Source of the DNA: an uncultured Puniceicoccaceae bacterium
GTDB taxonomy: Bacteria; Verrucomicrobiota; Verrucomicrobiia; Opitutales; Oceanipulchritudinaceae
Direction of reading: 5' to 3'
Length of the DNA stretch: 64,000 nt
Assembly (NCBI GenBank): GCA_963933835.1
Contig: CAWVVV010000001.1
Location: 448,001 to 512,000, forward strand
Position numbers and translations under genes: made by a program. Below the pieces are notes generated by a model. It saw only the letters and a list, made by a program, of their open reading frames with translations. It was not told where the DNA came from and searched no databases. Shown in pieces: positions 46,282-55,902 of the stretch. Position 1 is the stretch's first letter. Every line of letters starts with the position of its first letter.

Positions 46282-47481
46282 TTAGTAGCGAACAGACGCC
46301 GTCAAGCTGAAGACGGTGTTTTTGTATTCGTCAAATGCAGGATTAATGAAGTCGTAGTTGAGATCATTGATCTTATAGGCACCTGTGATGCGGACGTATT
46401 CGTTCGGGCTCCAAGTGACACTTGCCGAGGCTGATACTAAGTGATCAACACGACCCTTCCTGGCCGATGTATCTTCGAACTCAGTTTTCGCCAAGGTGAG
46501 GTTACCGCCGGCTAACCACATCTCGCTGATGAGATACTGAGTGCCGATGCTAATCTGGTCTCGGGTGTATGAAATCGCTGCGTCGCTAGTGCCTTGTCCA
46601 AAGTCACGTGAGAGAGCACCATATACGTTCCAATTAGTGTCCGCTGCGTAGTTCAAACGGGCATTGTAGGAGAACGTGCTGGAAGATCCACCGATCAGAG
46701 CACTGCCATCGAAGTCACGAGTCTGGTAACCTAAATCGATCGAACCCGTCCAGAGAGGATTGAAAATCTCACCTTCGATACCACCAAAGATGTAGTGGTC
46801 TTCAGTATCTGGGATATCACTACCTGCTGGCGCATTAAAGGGCGATGCAGTCCGGTAACGGTAGCCAACGAAAGCGCTCACTGCGGGGTCGAACGCATAG
46901 AGGACTCGAAGCGGAACAGAAACAGCGTCCGAGCCCGCGAGAAGCGAAGCATCATTAAAGGAACGGTGGAGATAATCCACACCGCCGCTGAGCGATACTT
47001 GATCAGACAAAAGATAGTTGACGGAGCCACCGATCGCGACATCCGAGCGTTCAGCAAGGTCTGCGGTCGGAGTCGTGGTAGAGAAATCTACGCTGTTAGT
47101 TCCAAGCTCATTGGCAGACGCATAGCCCTTGAAAAGAGCAACACCAGTGTCGTAGTAACCTAATGAGTTGAATCGGATGTATTCACCATCGAGATTATCT
47201 AGATCGTCGTGCACACGAACTTCAAGACCGAGCGTTGCCTCAAGATAGGCAGCATTTTCGGTCCCAAGCTGGAGCTCAACACCCGGTGTAACCGTGAAGA
47301 TCATTTCTGATTCTTCGTTAGTTTTCTGGCGGGTAGTATTCGATTGGTGCTCGATACCTCCAGACAGCGTGAGGAACAAGATAGCATCGTCCCCGAGGCT
47401 AACAGATGGGGCTGCCTGCAACTGAATTGCAACAGTCGTGAGAAGTCCTGAGAGGAGAGTATTTTTTATGAAAGTATTCAT
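46282..47481 (-). CDS. Outer-membrane beta-barrel protein associated with polysaccharide export (BBP2/EpsX-like)
   Basis: Signal peptide; alternating amphipathic strands throughout; C-terminal aromatic beta signal SLTASVRY; first gene of barrel-OPX-Wzc. Confidence 0.8.
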   Translation of the reverse strand: MNTFIKNTLLSGLLTTVAIQLQAAPSVSLGDDAILFLTLSGGIEHQSNTTRQKTNEESEMIFTVTPGVELQLGTENAAYLEATLGLEVRVHDDLDNLDGEYIRFNSLGYYDTGVALFKGYASANELGTNSVDFSTTTPTADLAERSDVAIGGSVNYLLSDQVSLSGGVDYLHRSFNDASLLAGSDAVSVPLRVLYAFDPAVSAFVGYRYRTASPFNAPAGSDIPDTEDHYIFGGIEGEIFNPLWTGSIDLGYQTRDFDGSALIGGSSSTFSYNARLNYAADTNWNVYGALSRDFGQGTSDAAISYTRDQISIGTQYLISEMWLAGGNLTLAKTEFEDTSARKGRVDHLVSASASVTWSPNEYVRITGAYKINDLNYDFINPAFDEYKNTVFSLTASVRY

Positions 47482-47805
47482 GCGTTTCAGTTACGATTAA
47501 CTAGGATGAAACCAACGGCTTCAAAAATATTCAATAGACAAGTGTGATTCCAAAGCAATGTTATTTTTTCACCTATAAATGATGTTTTCAAATCAGGGCG
47601 CCGCAGTCCGAGCCAACCAGTTTATCGGATAAAACGGGTAATTGTGATTTAAAAGATCGTCATTTTTTGCAAAAAGTCTCGAAAAAGCTACCTGACACGC
47701 TCTTATGGCAACCTCCAAAACACCTCCAGCTCCCCACCGCTCCACATGGCTAGGATTCGCCGAAAAACGGTCTACAGGGCGAGGAACGGTTAAGATCCAC
47801 CTCCG

Positions 47806-49146
47806 CTAGTCTTGATGTGTCTCTGACTCAGTTACTTCAGTCTTTTCAAATTTGCTAGTATCGGAGACGCGAATAGAGGCCTCGATGACGCGCGTTTCGT
47901 CAACCTCCGTCACTTCCAAGATGAGTCCGTGCACTTCAATAGACTCTCCCTCTTTGGGGATGTAGCCCATCTCGAGTGTGATCAAGCCATTGACGGTCGA
48001 GACTTCGTCGTTGCTCAGATCGACGTCAAAATGTTCTTCAAGCTCATGGAGCGGGGTCAGGCCATCGACGATGAGGGTGTTTGCGGTTGAGGGTGCTTCA
48101 CGAATAAGATCTCCCTCTTCCGCATCAAATTCATCACGTATATCCCCTACGAGTTGCTCGAGAATCTTTTCTAGCGTCAGCACCCCTGCGACCCCTCTGA
48201 ATTCATCAACGACGAGTGCCATATGGATATTGTGGGTGAGGAGTCTAGAGAGCGCCTTCTCAAGCGTCTCATCGCCGTCGACCCGAATCATATCGCGTTT
48301 CACCGTTCTCAAATCGGTTTCGCCTACGCCATGTCGAAACAGGTCCTTCACGTGAACCAGCCCGATGCAGTGATCCAGATCACCATTACACAGCGGAAAA
48401 CGCGTATGGCCCGTTTCCCTCGCTAGCTTCAAATTTTCATCAATCGGCAGCGAAGTGTTGAGAATCTTCACCTGGTTTCGAGGGAGGAGCACGTCCGCCA
48501 CGACCAAATCCCGAAGCTGAAAGGTGTTGCGCAAGATCGATTGGACGGCGGTCGATACATCTTTATCGTCGAGCAATTCTAGCTGCGCCTCAAGTTCCAT
48601 GCGCGCTAAGGGGCGAAACTTAAATGCCTCCAAAAATGGCGCGATAAGCAAATTTGAACCCTTCTTTCCAAAAATCACAACTGGCCGGAAGAGCGTTCTG
48701 ACGAACATCAGTGGGTAAAACCCCAACTTAACTACCTCGAGAGGATAGCGGGTGGCCATCGAGCGAGGAAATAAGTCGCTCAAGGTATACACGGGCGGAA
48801 CGAAAACAATGAGCGCCAAGCCGTAGGTTGCGAATAGAGACAGAGAAACTCCCGTCTTATCGATAAGGTCTCGGAATCCGCCCTGTGCTAACAGAAAAAG
48901 CAGTGTTCCGACTCCTAGATTACAAAGAACCGACGCCACTCGCAATGACTGAACCAGCTCATCGGGAGACTTCATCAGTTTTTGCAGCCGGCCATCCCTT
49001 TCAAACTGCGCCAGTAAATCCGGGTTGAAGTGGCTGAATCGCAAGCGAACTAGGGCAAGCTCAGCTCCCGCAAAAAACCCGTTTGCAATCAAGCAGAACG
49101 TAAGAACGACCCAAAACTCCCAGCTATCAAAATAAAGTGTGATCAC
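47806..49146 (-). CDS. Hemolysin family / CNNM (DUF21-CBS-CorC) protein
   Basis: ANGFFAGAELAL, HTRFPL, IGLVHVKDL, HMALVVDEF.G..GVLTLE.ILEQLVGDIRDEFD, CorC domain. Confidence 0.9.
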   Translation of the reverse strand: MITLYFDSWEFWVVLTFCLIANGFFAGAELALVRLRFSHFNPDLLAQFERDGRLQKLMKSPDELVQSLRVASVLCNLGVGTLLFLLAQGGFRDLIDKTGVSLSLFATYGLALIVFVPPVYTLSDLFPRSMATRYPLEVVKLGFYPLMFVRTLFRPVVIFGKKGSNLLIAPFLEAFKFRPLARMELEAQLELLDDKDVSTAVQSILRNTFQLRDLVVADVLLPRNQVKILNTSLPIDENLKLARETGHTRFPLCNGDLDHCIGLVHVKDLFRHGVGETDLRTVKRDMIRVDGDETLEKALSRLLTHNIHMALVVDEFRGVAGVLTLEKILEQLVGDIRDEFDAEEGDLIREAPSTANTLIVDGLTPLHELEEHFDVDLSNDEVSTVNGLITLEMGYIPKEGESIEVHGLILEVTEVDETRVIEASIRVSDTSKFEKTEVTESETHQD

Positions 49147-50244
49147 TTACTTCGATCCTGAAACGCTAGATAAGGCGTTAAGACAACGGCTATTTTGAGC
49201 CGCTGTTCCAATCGTCACCCGCAGGTGGTTAGGCAATCCATAGCCAGCAACGGGTCGGACAATGACACCCGCTTGCTGCAGATCGCTTGAGACCTCCGCG
49301 GCATTCGGGACTTCGACGAGAATGAAATTCGCCTTCGAGGGCGTCCAAGAAAAGCCGAGTTGATCAAAGCCTGCTTCCATCTGTCGAAGCCCAGCCTCGT
49401 TTTCCGACCGGCTTCGCTGAACCCAGAGATCGTCGTCCAGCGCAGCCAGGGCTGCCTCTTGTGCGACGCTGCCAGTGTTAAATGGCGGCCGCACCTTCTG
49501 AAGGAGCGTGGCGAGTTCAGCTTCCGCGTATCCATAGCCAATGCGAAATCCCGCCAATCCGTAGATTTTCGAAAAGGTCCTCGTTGCGACGATTTTTCGA
49601 CCAGCTCTCATCAAAGGCCGCAGATCAACCGCAGCCTCTTGATACTCCGCGTAGGCCTCGTCGTAGCAGAAAACAACGTGCTCGGGTAAACTCTCGGCGA
49701 ATGCTAAGACTTCATCTGCTGGCAGATAAGTCCCGGTCGGATTGTTTGGATTGGGAAGAAAGACAAGCCGCGTGCGCTCGGTTATCGCCGCCCGCATCGC
49801 CGCGAGATCATGAACGCCATCAGGCATCGGCACTAAGACCTCTGTGCCGCCGCGTAGAAGCGTTGAAATTCGATAAGTGATAAATGCCTGCGCTCCCATC
49901 ACTACCTCCGCACCTGGGGCAACGAAGAGGTCCCCTAGCCGGTAGAAAACTTCATTTGAGCCGGCAGTCAATACAATCGATTCAAATGGCACGCCCATCG
50001 TTTCTGCCAGACGGCCAGTCAAGTCGTAGCCACCATTGTCTGGATAAAGCCAAACATCCTTCAGCGCCTTGGCGGCAGCTTCGAGCGCGAGTGGAGAGGC
50101 TCCGAGTGGGTTTTCGTTCGAAGCTAATTTTATAATCTCCGCTGGATTCAAGCCAAGCTCGCGGGCCACGACTTCAATCGGGCGACCGGGTTGGTAAACC
50201 GGGAGCGTATCGATCTGCGGATTCAATAGCGTAGCATAGCTCAT
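49147..50244 (-). CDS. hisC: Histidinol-phosphate aminotransferase
   Basis: KLASNENPLG, NPNNPTG, DEAYAEY, RTFSKIYGLAGFRIGY, LRVTIG. Confidence 0.94.
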   Translation of the reverse strand: MSYATLLNPQIDTLPVYQPGRPIEVVARELGLNPAEIIKLASNENPLGASPLALEAAAKALKDVWLYPDNGGYDLTGRLAETMGVPFESIVLTAGSNEVFYRLGDLFVAPGAEVVMGAQAFITYRISTLLRGGTEVLVPMPDGVHDLAAMRAAITERTRLVFLPNPNNPTGTYLPADEVLAFAESLPEHVVFCYDEAYAEYQEAAVDLRPLMRAGRKIVATRTFSKIYGLAGFRIGYGYAEAELATLLQKVRPPFNTGSVAQEAALAALDDDLWVQRSRSENEAGLRQMEAGFDQLGFSWTPSKANFILVEVPNAAEVSSDLQQAGVIVRPVAGYGLPNHLRVTIGTAAQNSRCLNALSSVSGSK

Positions 50245-50326
50245 GCATCTCATAGGATTTTGAAGTACAAGAATCGCAAACCCAATCTTGCCCTACCCAT
50301 CTAAGGGCTGGCACCAATTTAGAGTA

Positions 50327-51034
50327 ATGGAGCGACTCCATCTAAGTGTTCTGAGCACAGAAACCCGAACGGCGGCTGAAAACATGGCAGCCGACCTTGC
50401 GATGAGGCATGCGCTCAGCCCTGCGTCACCGGTCGTCCTGCGTTTTTACGACTGGGCTGAGCCCTCGCTGAGCTTTGGATACTTTCAAAGATGGGTAGAC
50501 GTTTGCAAAAGACTCGAAGCAGAGGCGCCAGTCAGCGTTGTTCGCCGACCAACCGGGGGCGGCATTGTAGATCATCGCTCTGATGTCACCTACGCCCTTG
50601 TCTTCGCGCGTGGGACATCTTTCGCCGAACAAAAGACTACTTGCCTGTACGAAGCCGTTCACACGGCCCTATTCGAGGCGCTGAATGAACTCGGTGAATT
50701 TACCTGTTTAAGCCACGACGCTCCGCTCAAAGCAACTGCCCTGAGCTGTTTTGAAGCGCCTGTTCGCTCAGACATCATCGATTCCATCAGCGGCCTGAAA
50801 ATTGCCGGCTCAGCCATTCACCGTGGCAAAGAATCTATCCTCGTCCAAGGCAGCCTAGAATCAAAACGCCTCTCGAAGTCACTCACTCCAGAAGATCTCT
50901 CAGAAGCATTTGCTCATCGACTCGGCGTCAAAGTCGGCTTGGCCTCAACAGCCTCAATACCGCTTTTTACATTGCATGTCGCCGCCGCTGATGTAGCCCG
51001 ATTTTCCAACACCTCGTGGACCCAGCGCCGTTGA
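50327..51034 (+). CDS. Lipoate-protein ligase A / LipM-like protein
   Basis: NMAADL, LRFYDW..PSLSFGYFQ, VRRPTGGG.VDH, CF, KIAGSA, LVQGS. Confidence 0.85.
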   Translation: MERLHLSVLSTETRTAAENMAADLAMRHALSPASPVVLRFYDWAEPSLSFGYFQRWVDVCKRLEAEAPVSVVRRPTGGGIVDHRSDVTYALVFARGTSFAEQKTTCLYEAVHTALFEALNELGEFTCLSHDAPLKATALSCFEAPVRSDIIDSISGLKIAGSAIHRGKESILVQGSLESKRLSKSLTPEDLSEAFAHRLGVKVGLASTASIPLFTLHVAAADVARFSNTSWTQRR

Positions 51035-51046
51035 ACCAACTCCCCG

Positions 51047-51775
51047 ATGCGCCTACATTTTAGAGAAAGCTCTGTCGACTACCGCCACTACACTTTTCCC
51101 TATAGAGTGTTGGCCGAAAAAGAATCCAGCGACACGCTCGCTTCAATCTACGAGCAAGGTTTCCTCCCCGCATCGAACGACTACGCAGAAGAGCGGGAAC
51201 TTTTCTACCTCGCAAGGAGTCTTCGTCTGGATCTTCGAGAGCTGGGTTTCGACAAGAAACGTCGCTATCTGCAACACCGCGGCACAGAAACAGGCTTACA
51301 CAGCAATCGCCTTAGTATCAAGGAGCTGATGGCGAGTCACCCACGCTGGAAAGAGTCCGTCATAGAGTGGGTCGAAGGCCGATTCCAGCCACCCTACATG
51401 ACCTCAGAGCGACTTGAATACATCCTCAAGCGCAACTTCCTAACTCAATGTATTGCGACCTATTGCGACACGGAGCTGGTCGGCATCACACTGCTGCCTC
51501 ATGACGCCGCTATCGCTCACTACTGGTTTGTTTTTTATGATCCAGAATGGAACCCTGAGCGATCTCTTGGTAAATGGATTCTAGGCGACTGTGGACGGTT
51601 GCACCAAGAGCAAGGATTTGAATACTTGTATTTAGGAACCTGCTACACAAAAACTGCTGCCTACAAATTCCAAGGCATTGCGTCCGGGGTAGAATTTTAC
51701 GAAGGAAGCACCTGGTCAGACTCCATCGAAGAGCTTCAAAAAAGACTTACTTCCGACGGACTAAGCTCTGATTAG
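51047..51775 (+). CDS. Aminoacyl-tRNA:protein transferase-like GNAT protein (ATE/Bpt C-terminal domain type)
   Basis: GFLP, RSLRLDL, FYDPE...SLGKW, YLYLGTCY...YK. Confidence 0.6.
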   Translation: MRLHFRESSVDYRHYTFPYRVLAEKESSDTLASIYEQGFLPASNDYAEERELFYLARSLRLDLRELGFDKKRRYLQHRGTETGLHSNRLSIKELMASHPRWKESVIEWVEGRFQPPYMTSERLEYILKRNFLTQCIATYCDTELVGITLLPHDAAIAHYWFVFYDPEWNPERSLGKWILGDCGRLHQEQGFEYLYLGTCYTKTAAYKFQGIASGVEFYEGSTWSDSIEELQKRLTSDGLSSD

Positions 51776-53238
51776 CTGCCGCCATTTTCAGCTTGTATCC
51801 ATTCTTCCACGACGGATCGATCCGAGAACGATAATTTCTGATCACCCACCAACTGATAGTCCTCATGGCCCTTACCAGCGATCAGAATGAGGTCCCCATC
51901 CCTGGCTTGTTCCAACGCTGCGAGTATAGCGTCCTTCCGGTCTTCGATCGTCGCTACCCTACCTGCGTCCATAACCCCAGTCTGTATATCCGCGATGATT
52001 GATCGCGCATCTTCCGAACGCGGGTTGTCAGAAGTGATCCAAACTTGATCGGCGAGACGTGTAGCAATCTCACCCATTATCGCCCGTTTACCTCGATCCC
52101 GATCGCCTCCACATCCAAAAATGAGGTGCAAGGAACGAGGTGCCAGCTGTCGGCAAGCACTCAAGACAACTTCGAGCCCGTCCGGGTTGTGAGCATAATC
52201 GACTACCACCGCTGCTCCATTGGGCAGTTCGATGCGCTCCATTCGGCCAGGAATAGCCTGCACACCCGAAAGCGCCTCCCAGCTGGCTTCAAAGGAGTGC
52301 CCCAGCCCCAGCAAGGTTGCTCCTGCAGCCATCAGATTCTCTAATTGAAAAAAGCCTACCAACGAGGTTCGAAGCTCGGCCCGGGCACCTCTCCATTCAA
52401 CGCAGAAGTCAGTCCCAGTAGATTCGACCGAAGTATGAATCAGTTTCAAATCCGCCCAAGGTTCACTGCCATAAGTGACAACCGTCCCTGCGGTCTGAGA
52501 GGCATATACCGGAGTCATCGGAGAAGCGGTTGGCAAAACGGCGACGGCGTCCTTCCGAAGCGAACGAAAGAGCAAGCCTTTGGCCTCATGATAGTCCTGC
52601 AATGATCCGTGGAAATCGAGGTGATCGCGGGTAACGTTTGTCAGGACCGCTGCTTTCCATTGCACCGCAGCGACACGATCAAGGGCCAAGGCGTGTGAGG
52701 AAACCTCCATTGCAATAGCCTGTGCACCGTCCGCTCGAAGCCCGGCAAGCTTGCGATACAATTCTACAGATAGATCGGTGGTGTACTCGGGTGGAGACCA
52801 AAGCTGCCCGTTAAGAAATGTTCCAAGGGTTCCCAGGGAACCCGCCGAGCCTGTCAGCTTACGGAGGGCTTGATAGAGCAACTGTGTTGTTGTCGTTTTT
52901 CCGTTCGTCCCCGTTACGCCGATGAGAGGGAGAGATTCATCCGGCGAACCGTAAAAAGCTTTTGCGAGGCGAGCACAGGCTACGGGCACATTTTCGCTTT
53001 TGATACGAGTGCCTGTCGACTGACTGCTCACGACAAAGGCAGGGCCTCCACCCTGCACCGAGGCATGGATTTCATCTTCGCTCCACCACTGCTGGTAATC
53101 GTGGTATTCTGGAAAAACAAAGAATGCCTTCCCTTCGATATCTGCGCTCGGACGGCATTCGACACCTCTCACGACAATCGACCCATCGAGCCCTGGGTTC
53201 TCCAACCCGATAATCTTGAGCGCCTCGGCTAGTTTCAT
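51772..53238 (-). CDS. murE: UDP-N-acetylmuramoyl-L-alanyl-D-glutamate:meso-diaminopimelate ligase
   Basis: GVTGTNGKTT, MEVSSH, TNVTRDHLDFH, DYAH.PD, FGCGGDRD, SDNPR (DAP-specific), AGKGHE. Confidence 0.95.
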   Translation of the reverse strand: MKLAEALKIIGLENPGLDGSIVVRGVECRPSADIEGKAFFVFPEYHDYQQWWSEDEIHASVQGGGPAFVVSSQSTGTRIKSENVPVACARLAKAFYGSPDESLPLIGVTGTNGKTTTTQLLYQALRKLTGSAGSLGTLGTFLNGQLWSPPEYTTDLSVELYRKLAGLRADGAQAIAMEVSSHALALDRVAAVQWKAAVLTNVTRDHLDFHGSLQDYHEAKGLLFRSLRKDAVAVLPTASPMTPVYASQTAGTVVTYGSEPWADLKLIHTSVESTGTDFCVEWRGARAELRTSLVGFFQLENLMAAGATLLGLGHSFEASWEALSGVQAIPGRMERIELPNGAAVVVDYAHNPDGLEVVLSACRQLAPRSLHLIFGCGGDRDRGKRAIMGEIATRLADQVWITSDNPRSEDARSIIADIQTGVMDAGRVATIEDRKDAILAALEQARDGDLILIAGKGHEDYQLVGDQKLSFSDRSVVEEWIQAENGGS

Positions 53239-53451
53239 CGCTTAGACAAAAGACCCAATTTCAACAAAAGCTAAAGGAGAATCCCGGAAAAAGAAAAGGG
53301 ACCCGATGGGGGGGCCTTCAATATTCGACCTACAGAGATAGTGCTGCGATCTGATGAGTCTATGACGACTCAAAAAGTGATAACTAACTGGAAATAGAGA
53401 CTGCTCTAGTTATTCACACCGGTCAATTTTACATTTGAGCCCATTATTGTT

Positions 53452-53743
53452 TTACAAATGGTTTACAGAGCCACCGACGCTGTAAACGTCGGCCATCATT
53501 ACCACGTAGGAATCACCGGCGATTTTCTTGGCCTTATCGAGCGAACCCTCAGTCGGTCCCATCCAGTTCGGGATCATCAGGATGCCCGGCTTCAGCTCGC
53601 CACCCAAATCGGAGTAAACGATCGTAGACTCAAACATGAGGTCACCTAGTTGATGCTGAACAACCTTGGTCACCTGCTCACCCCAAGCGCAAAGCGTAGT
53701 AATGGCGACCAAGGGAAAGAGATGAATAAGTCTAAAGCTCATC
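53452..53743 (-). pseudogene. Dienelactone hydrolase family N-terminal fragment
   Basis: Signal peptide, KPGILMIPNWMG, YVVMMADVY. Ends before the GxCxGG catalytic motif. Confidence 0.6.
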
Positions 53744-53768
53744 CCTACACGCATAGCCACGCTGCAAC

Positions 53769-54554
53769 TCAAAGCGAATTCAAATCGTCTTTTGTTACGG
53801 TGTAGTGAGCCGCGCAACGTGGGCAATTTACCGTCGCCGTTGGATCGTTGCCAAATATCTGTTCGGGGTCCTGCTCACAGATTGGGCGAAGCACCTCTTG
53901 GATCTTCTCCAAGCTGCATCCACAAAACCAACGATAGCGGCGGGTCTCGAGAAGATTGCTCTCCTCATTTTCCGACAATCCCGCGAGAATATCAGTGCTC
54001 ATCGTCGTGAACCAGCCCTCGTCGTAATCAGGGTGAGCCGTCGCTAGCACGCCCACATCGCCCTCGGGGAAAAACAGCCGCCCGGGGCGCTGCTCGCTTT
54101 GCGCATAAAAACGCTCCACAGGTGCGATCGCTCCCTGCCCCTTGAAATCGACGTAACTGCGATGCAGCGGTTTGTTCGGGCGCTTGATTTCCTGATACAT
54201 CTCACTTTCGCCACCCGGGCGAATACCCGAAGTAAAAAGCCGACCCGCGACCGTCCCTCGCTCAGTGTCGCCGGCAAAAAAAGCACTACAAAGCGGATTG
54301 GCGAAGCGGATCGTCCAAGCGATGACTTCGTTTTGCGGACGCGATGCACAATGCAGCGTAAAGGCCGCGAGCAATTCCTTGAAGAGTTGGTCAAATTCGG
54401 GTTCGTGGTGAATGCCCTGATCCTTGCAATGCAAGTAGTAGTCCACGTAAAGCGGCGAAAAATCGGCTTCGGAAAGGAGGACATTTCGATGGCGAACAAA
54501 GGTATTTTCCACCGTCACGCCACTTTCTAGAAAAGCTTTATCTTCTGCAGACAT
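53769..54554 (-). CDS. hslO: Hsp33 family redox-regulated chaperone
   Basis: YAQSEQ.P, FCGCS...VNCPRC..HY zinc motif. Start placed at MSAED. Confidence 0.82.
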   Translation of the reverse strand: MSAEDKAFLESGVTVENTFVRHRNVLLSEADFSPLYVDYYLHCKDQGIHHEPEFDQLFKELLAAFTLHCASRPQNEVIAWTIRFANPLCSAFFAGDTERGTVAGRLFTSGIRPGGESEMYQEIKRPNKPLHRSYVDFKGQGAIAPVERFYAQSEQRPGRLFFPEGDVGVLATAHPDYDEGWFTTMSTDILAGLSENEESNLLETRRYRWFCGCSLEKIQEVLRPICEQDPEQIFGNDPTATVNCPRCAAHYTVTKDDLNSL

Positions 54555-54585
54555 CTCTTTCTCCAAATCACCCACCCCACGAAGG

Positions 54586-55311
54586 TCAACTATCGTCCGC
54601 AAACTTTCGGATATCGACATAGCTGCCAGAAGCGACCTGCTCGACCAACTTCGGGGCGACATCCCAGAGCCGTAGCCCTACTTCCACCCCGTCCGGCATC
54701 TGTTCAGTCCCTTTTGCCGCCTTCAAGCGCTCAATCGTCGGATAGCGCTCATCGACTGCCAATGCGGTCAGATAATCCTGCATCTCTGAATCCACGAGAC
54801 CCGGTGCCAGAGCTGTAAAATGCGTCTTGGGCAATTCAGCAGCAAAGGATTGCACCCACATATTCAAAGCTGCCTTCGAAATTCCGTAGGCATTCCAACC
54901 GCGATGCCCACTAATAGAGGCGCCCGAAGAAATTGCCACCACCTGTTCAATCTGCGCCCTTCCCTCGAGAAGACTAAGCAACCAGTGATTAGCGAAGACA
55001 TTGACCTCGAAGGTTGCTTTCAAAATGCTCAACGAGGTTGCACGCAGATCGGCGATGGGCGGGAGGATCCCCGCGTTGAGCCAAACCTGGTCCCACTTGC
55101 CCACATCCGCCACCCAGTTCTCAACGGCAGCCGAGGCGTTCTCAGCGTCTGACAAATCTGCTGACAAAAAACGCAAGCGCTCCCTGTAAACTGAGAATGA
55201 CTTGTCCGGTGGGCGGCGACTGATCCCCCACACGTTTGCACCCGCCCTGAGTGCCGCGTGAGCCAGCCCCTCTCCAAGCCCTGAACTGATCCCTGTGATT
55301 AATACATTCAC
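54586..55311 (-). CDS. Short-chain dehydrogenase/reductase (benzil/sepiapterin reductase-like)
   Basis: LITGISSGLG, LNAG, ISSGA, YGISK, APGLVDSEMQ. Confidence 0.88.
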   Translation of the reverse strand: MNVLITGISSGLGEGLAHAALRAGANVWGISRRPPDKSFSVYRERLRFLSADLSDAENASAAVENWVADVGKWDQVWLNAGILPPIADLRATSLSILKATFEVNVFANHWLLSLLEGRAQIEQVVAISSGASISGHRGWNAYGISKAALNMWVQSFAAELPKTHFTALAPGLVDSEMQDYLTALAVDERYPTIERLKAAKGTEQMPDGVEVGLRLWDVAPKLVEQVASGSYVDIRKFADDS

Positions 55312-55377
55312 GCCGCCAAATGAAGCATTTCCACACAACAAGGCAACCTCGCCGCGTTGCAAAATTTTGCAGAACCA

Positions 55378-55884
55378 TCATTGATGATCGATACTTAGAA
55401 TGACTCGACTTGCCATCCAAAGCTCAACTGTGACATCAACTGGATTCAAATGAGTCGCCGCCAAGCGAGCGGTGCTGTAGCGCTTCTTGAGCTCAAGGCG
55501 ACTTTTGAGATATTGAAGGTGCCGCATCCCGACCTTTAAGTTTATCCGCCAATTGTAGGCCTGCTCCCAGGAGTGGTCTGATCGATCCGACCAAGCCGCA
55601 TGAGACAGCTGCATCATGCCCCGCGCGTAGTCGGTGTCAGCATGCGCGTTGAGCGTACTCTCAGCGTAGGCAATGTTGAGAACAAAGGCTGGATCGAGCC
55701 CATATTGAGGCGCTTCTCGCTGAATTTCCGCCCAAACGACTTCCTTCGGAATGTAGGCATCTCCCCGACGCGAGCAGGTGAAGAGGAAAACGAGGCCCAG
55801 GAGTCCCGCGAGGGCTAAGAAGAAGTTTCGCCCGTTGATCGCGATGGAGAATGTCGCAGGCAAATCTGAATGATTTTTCTTCAA
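55378..55884 (-). CDS. Lytic transglycosylase SLT domain protein, C-terminus possibly truncated or chimeric
   Basis: TM anchor; YGLDP, YAES (catalytic Glu), ARGMMQL, NLKVG..HL..L. The expected AYNxG motif after LAA is absent. Confidence 0.7.
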   Translation of the reverse strand: MKKNHSDLPATFSIAINGRNFFLALAGLLGLVFLFTCSRRGDAYIPKEVVWAEIQREAPQYGLDPAFVLNIAYAESTLNAHADTDYARGMMQLSHAAWSDRSDHSWEQAYNWRINLKVGMRHLQYLKSRLELKKRYSTARLAATHLNPVDVTVELWMASRVILSIDHQ

Positions 55885-55902
55885 TGAGATATCACTGGCT
55901 CT

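Noticed and set aside
53351..53375. CTGATGA-GTC-TAT-GAC resembling a hammerhead ribozyme core or a fluoride riboswitch 3' end
   Set aside because: The required GAAA after stem II is missing (GACT instead), stems I and III are not evident, and there is no matching fluoride aptamer 5' part.
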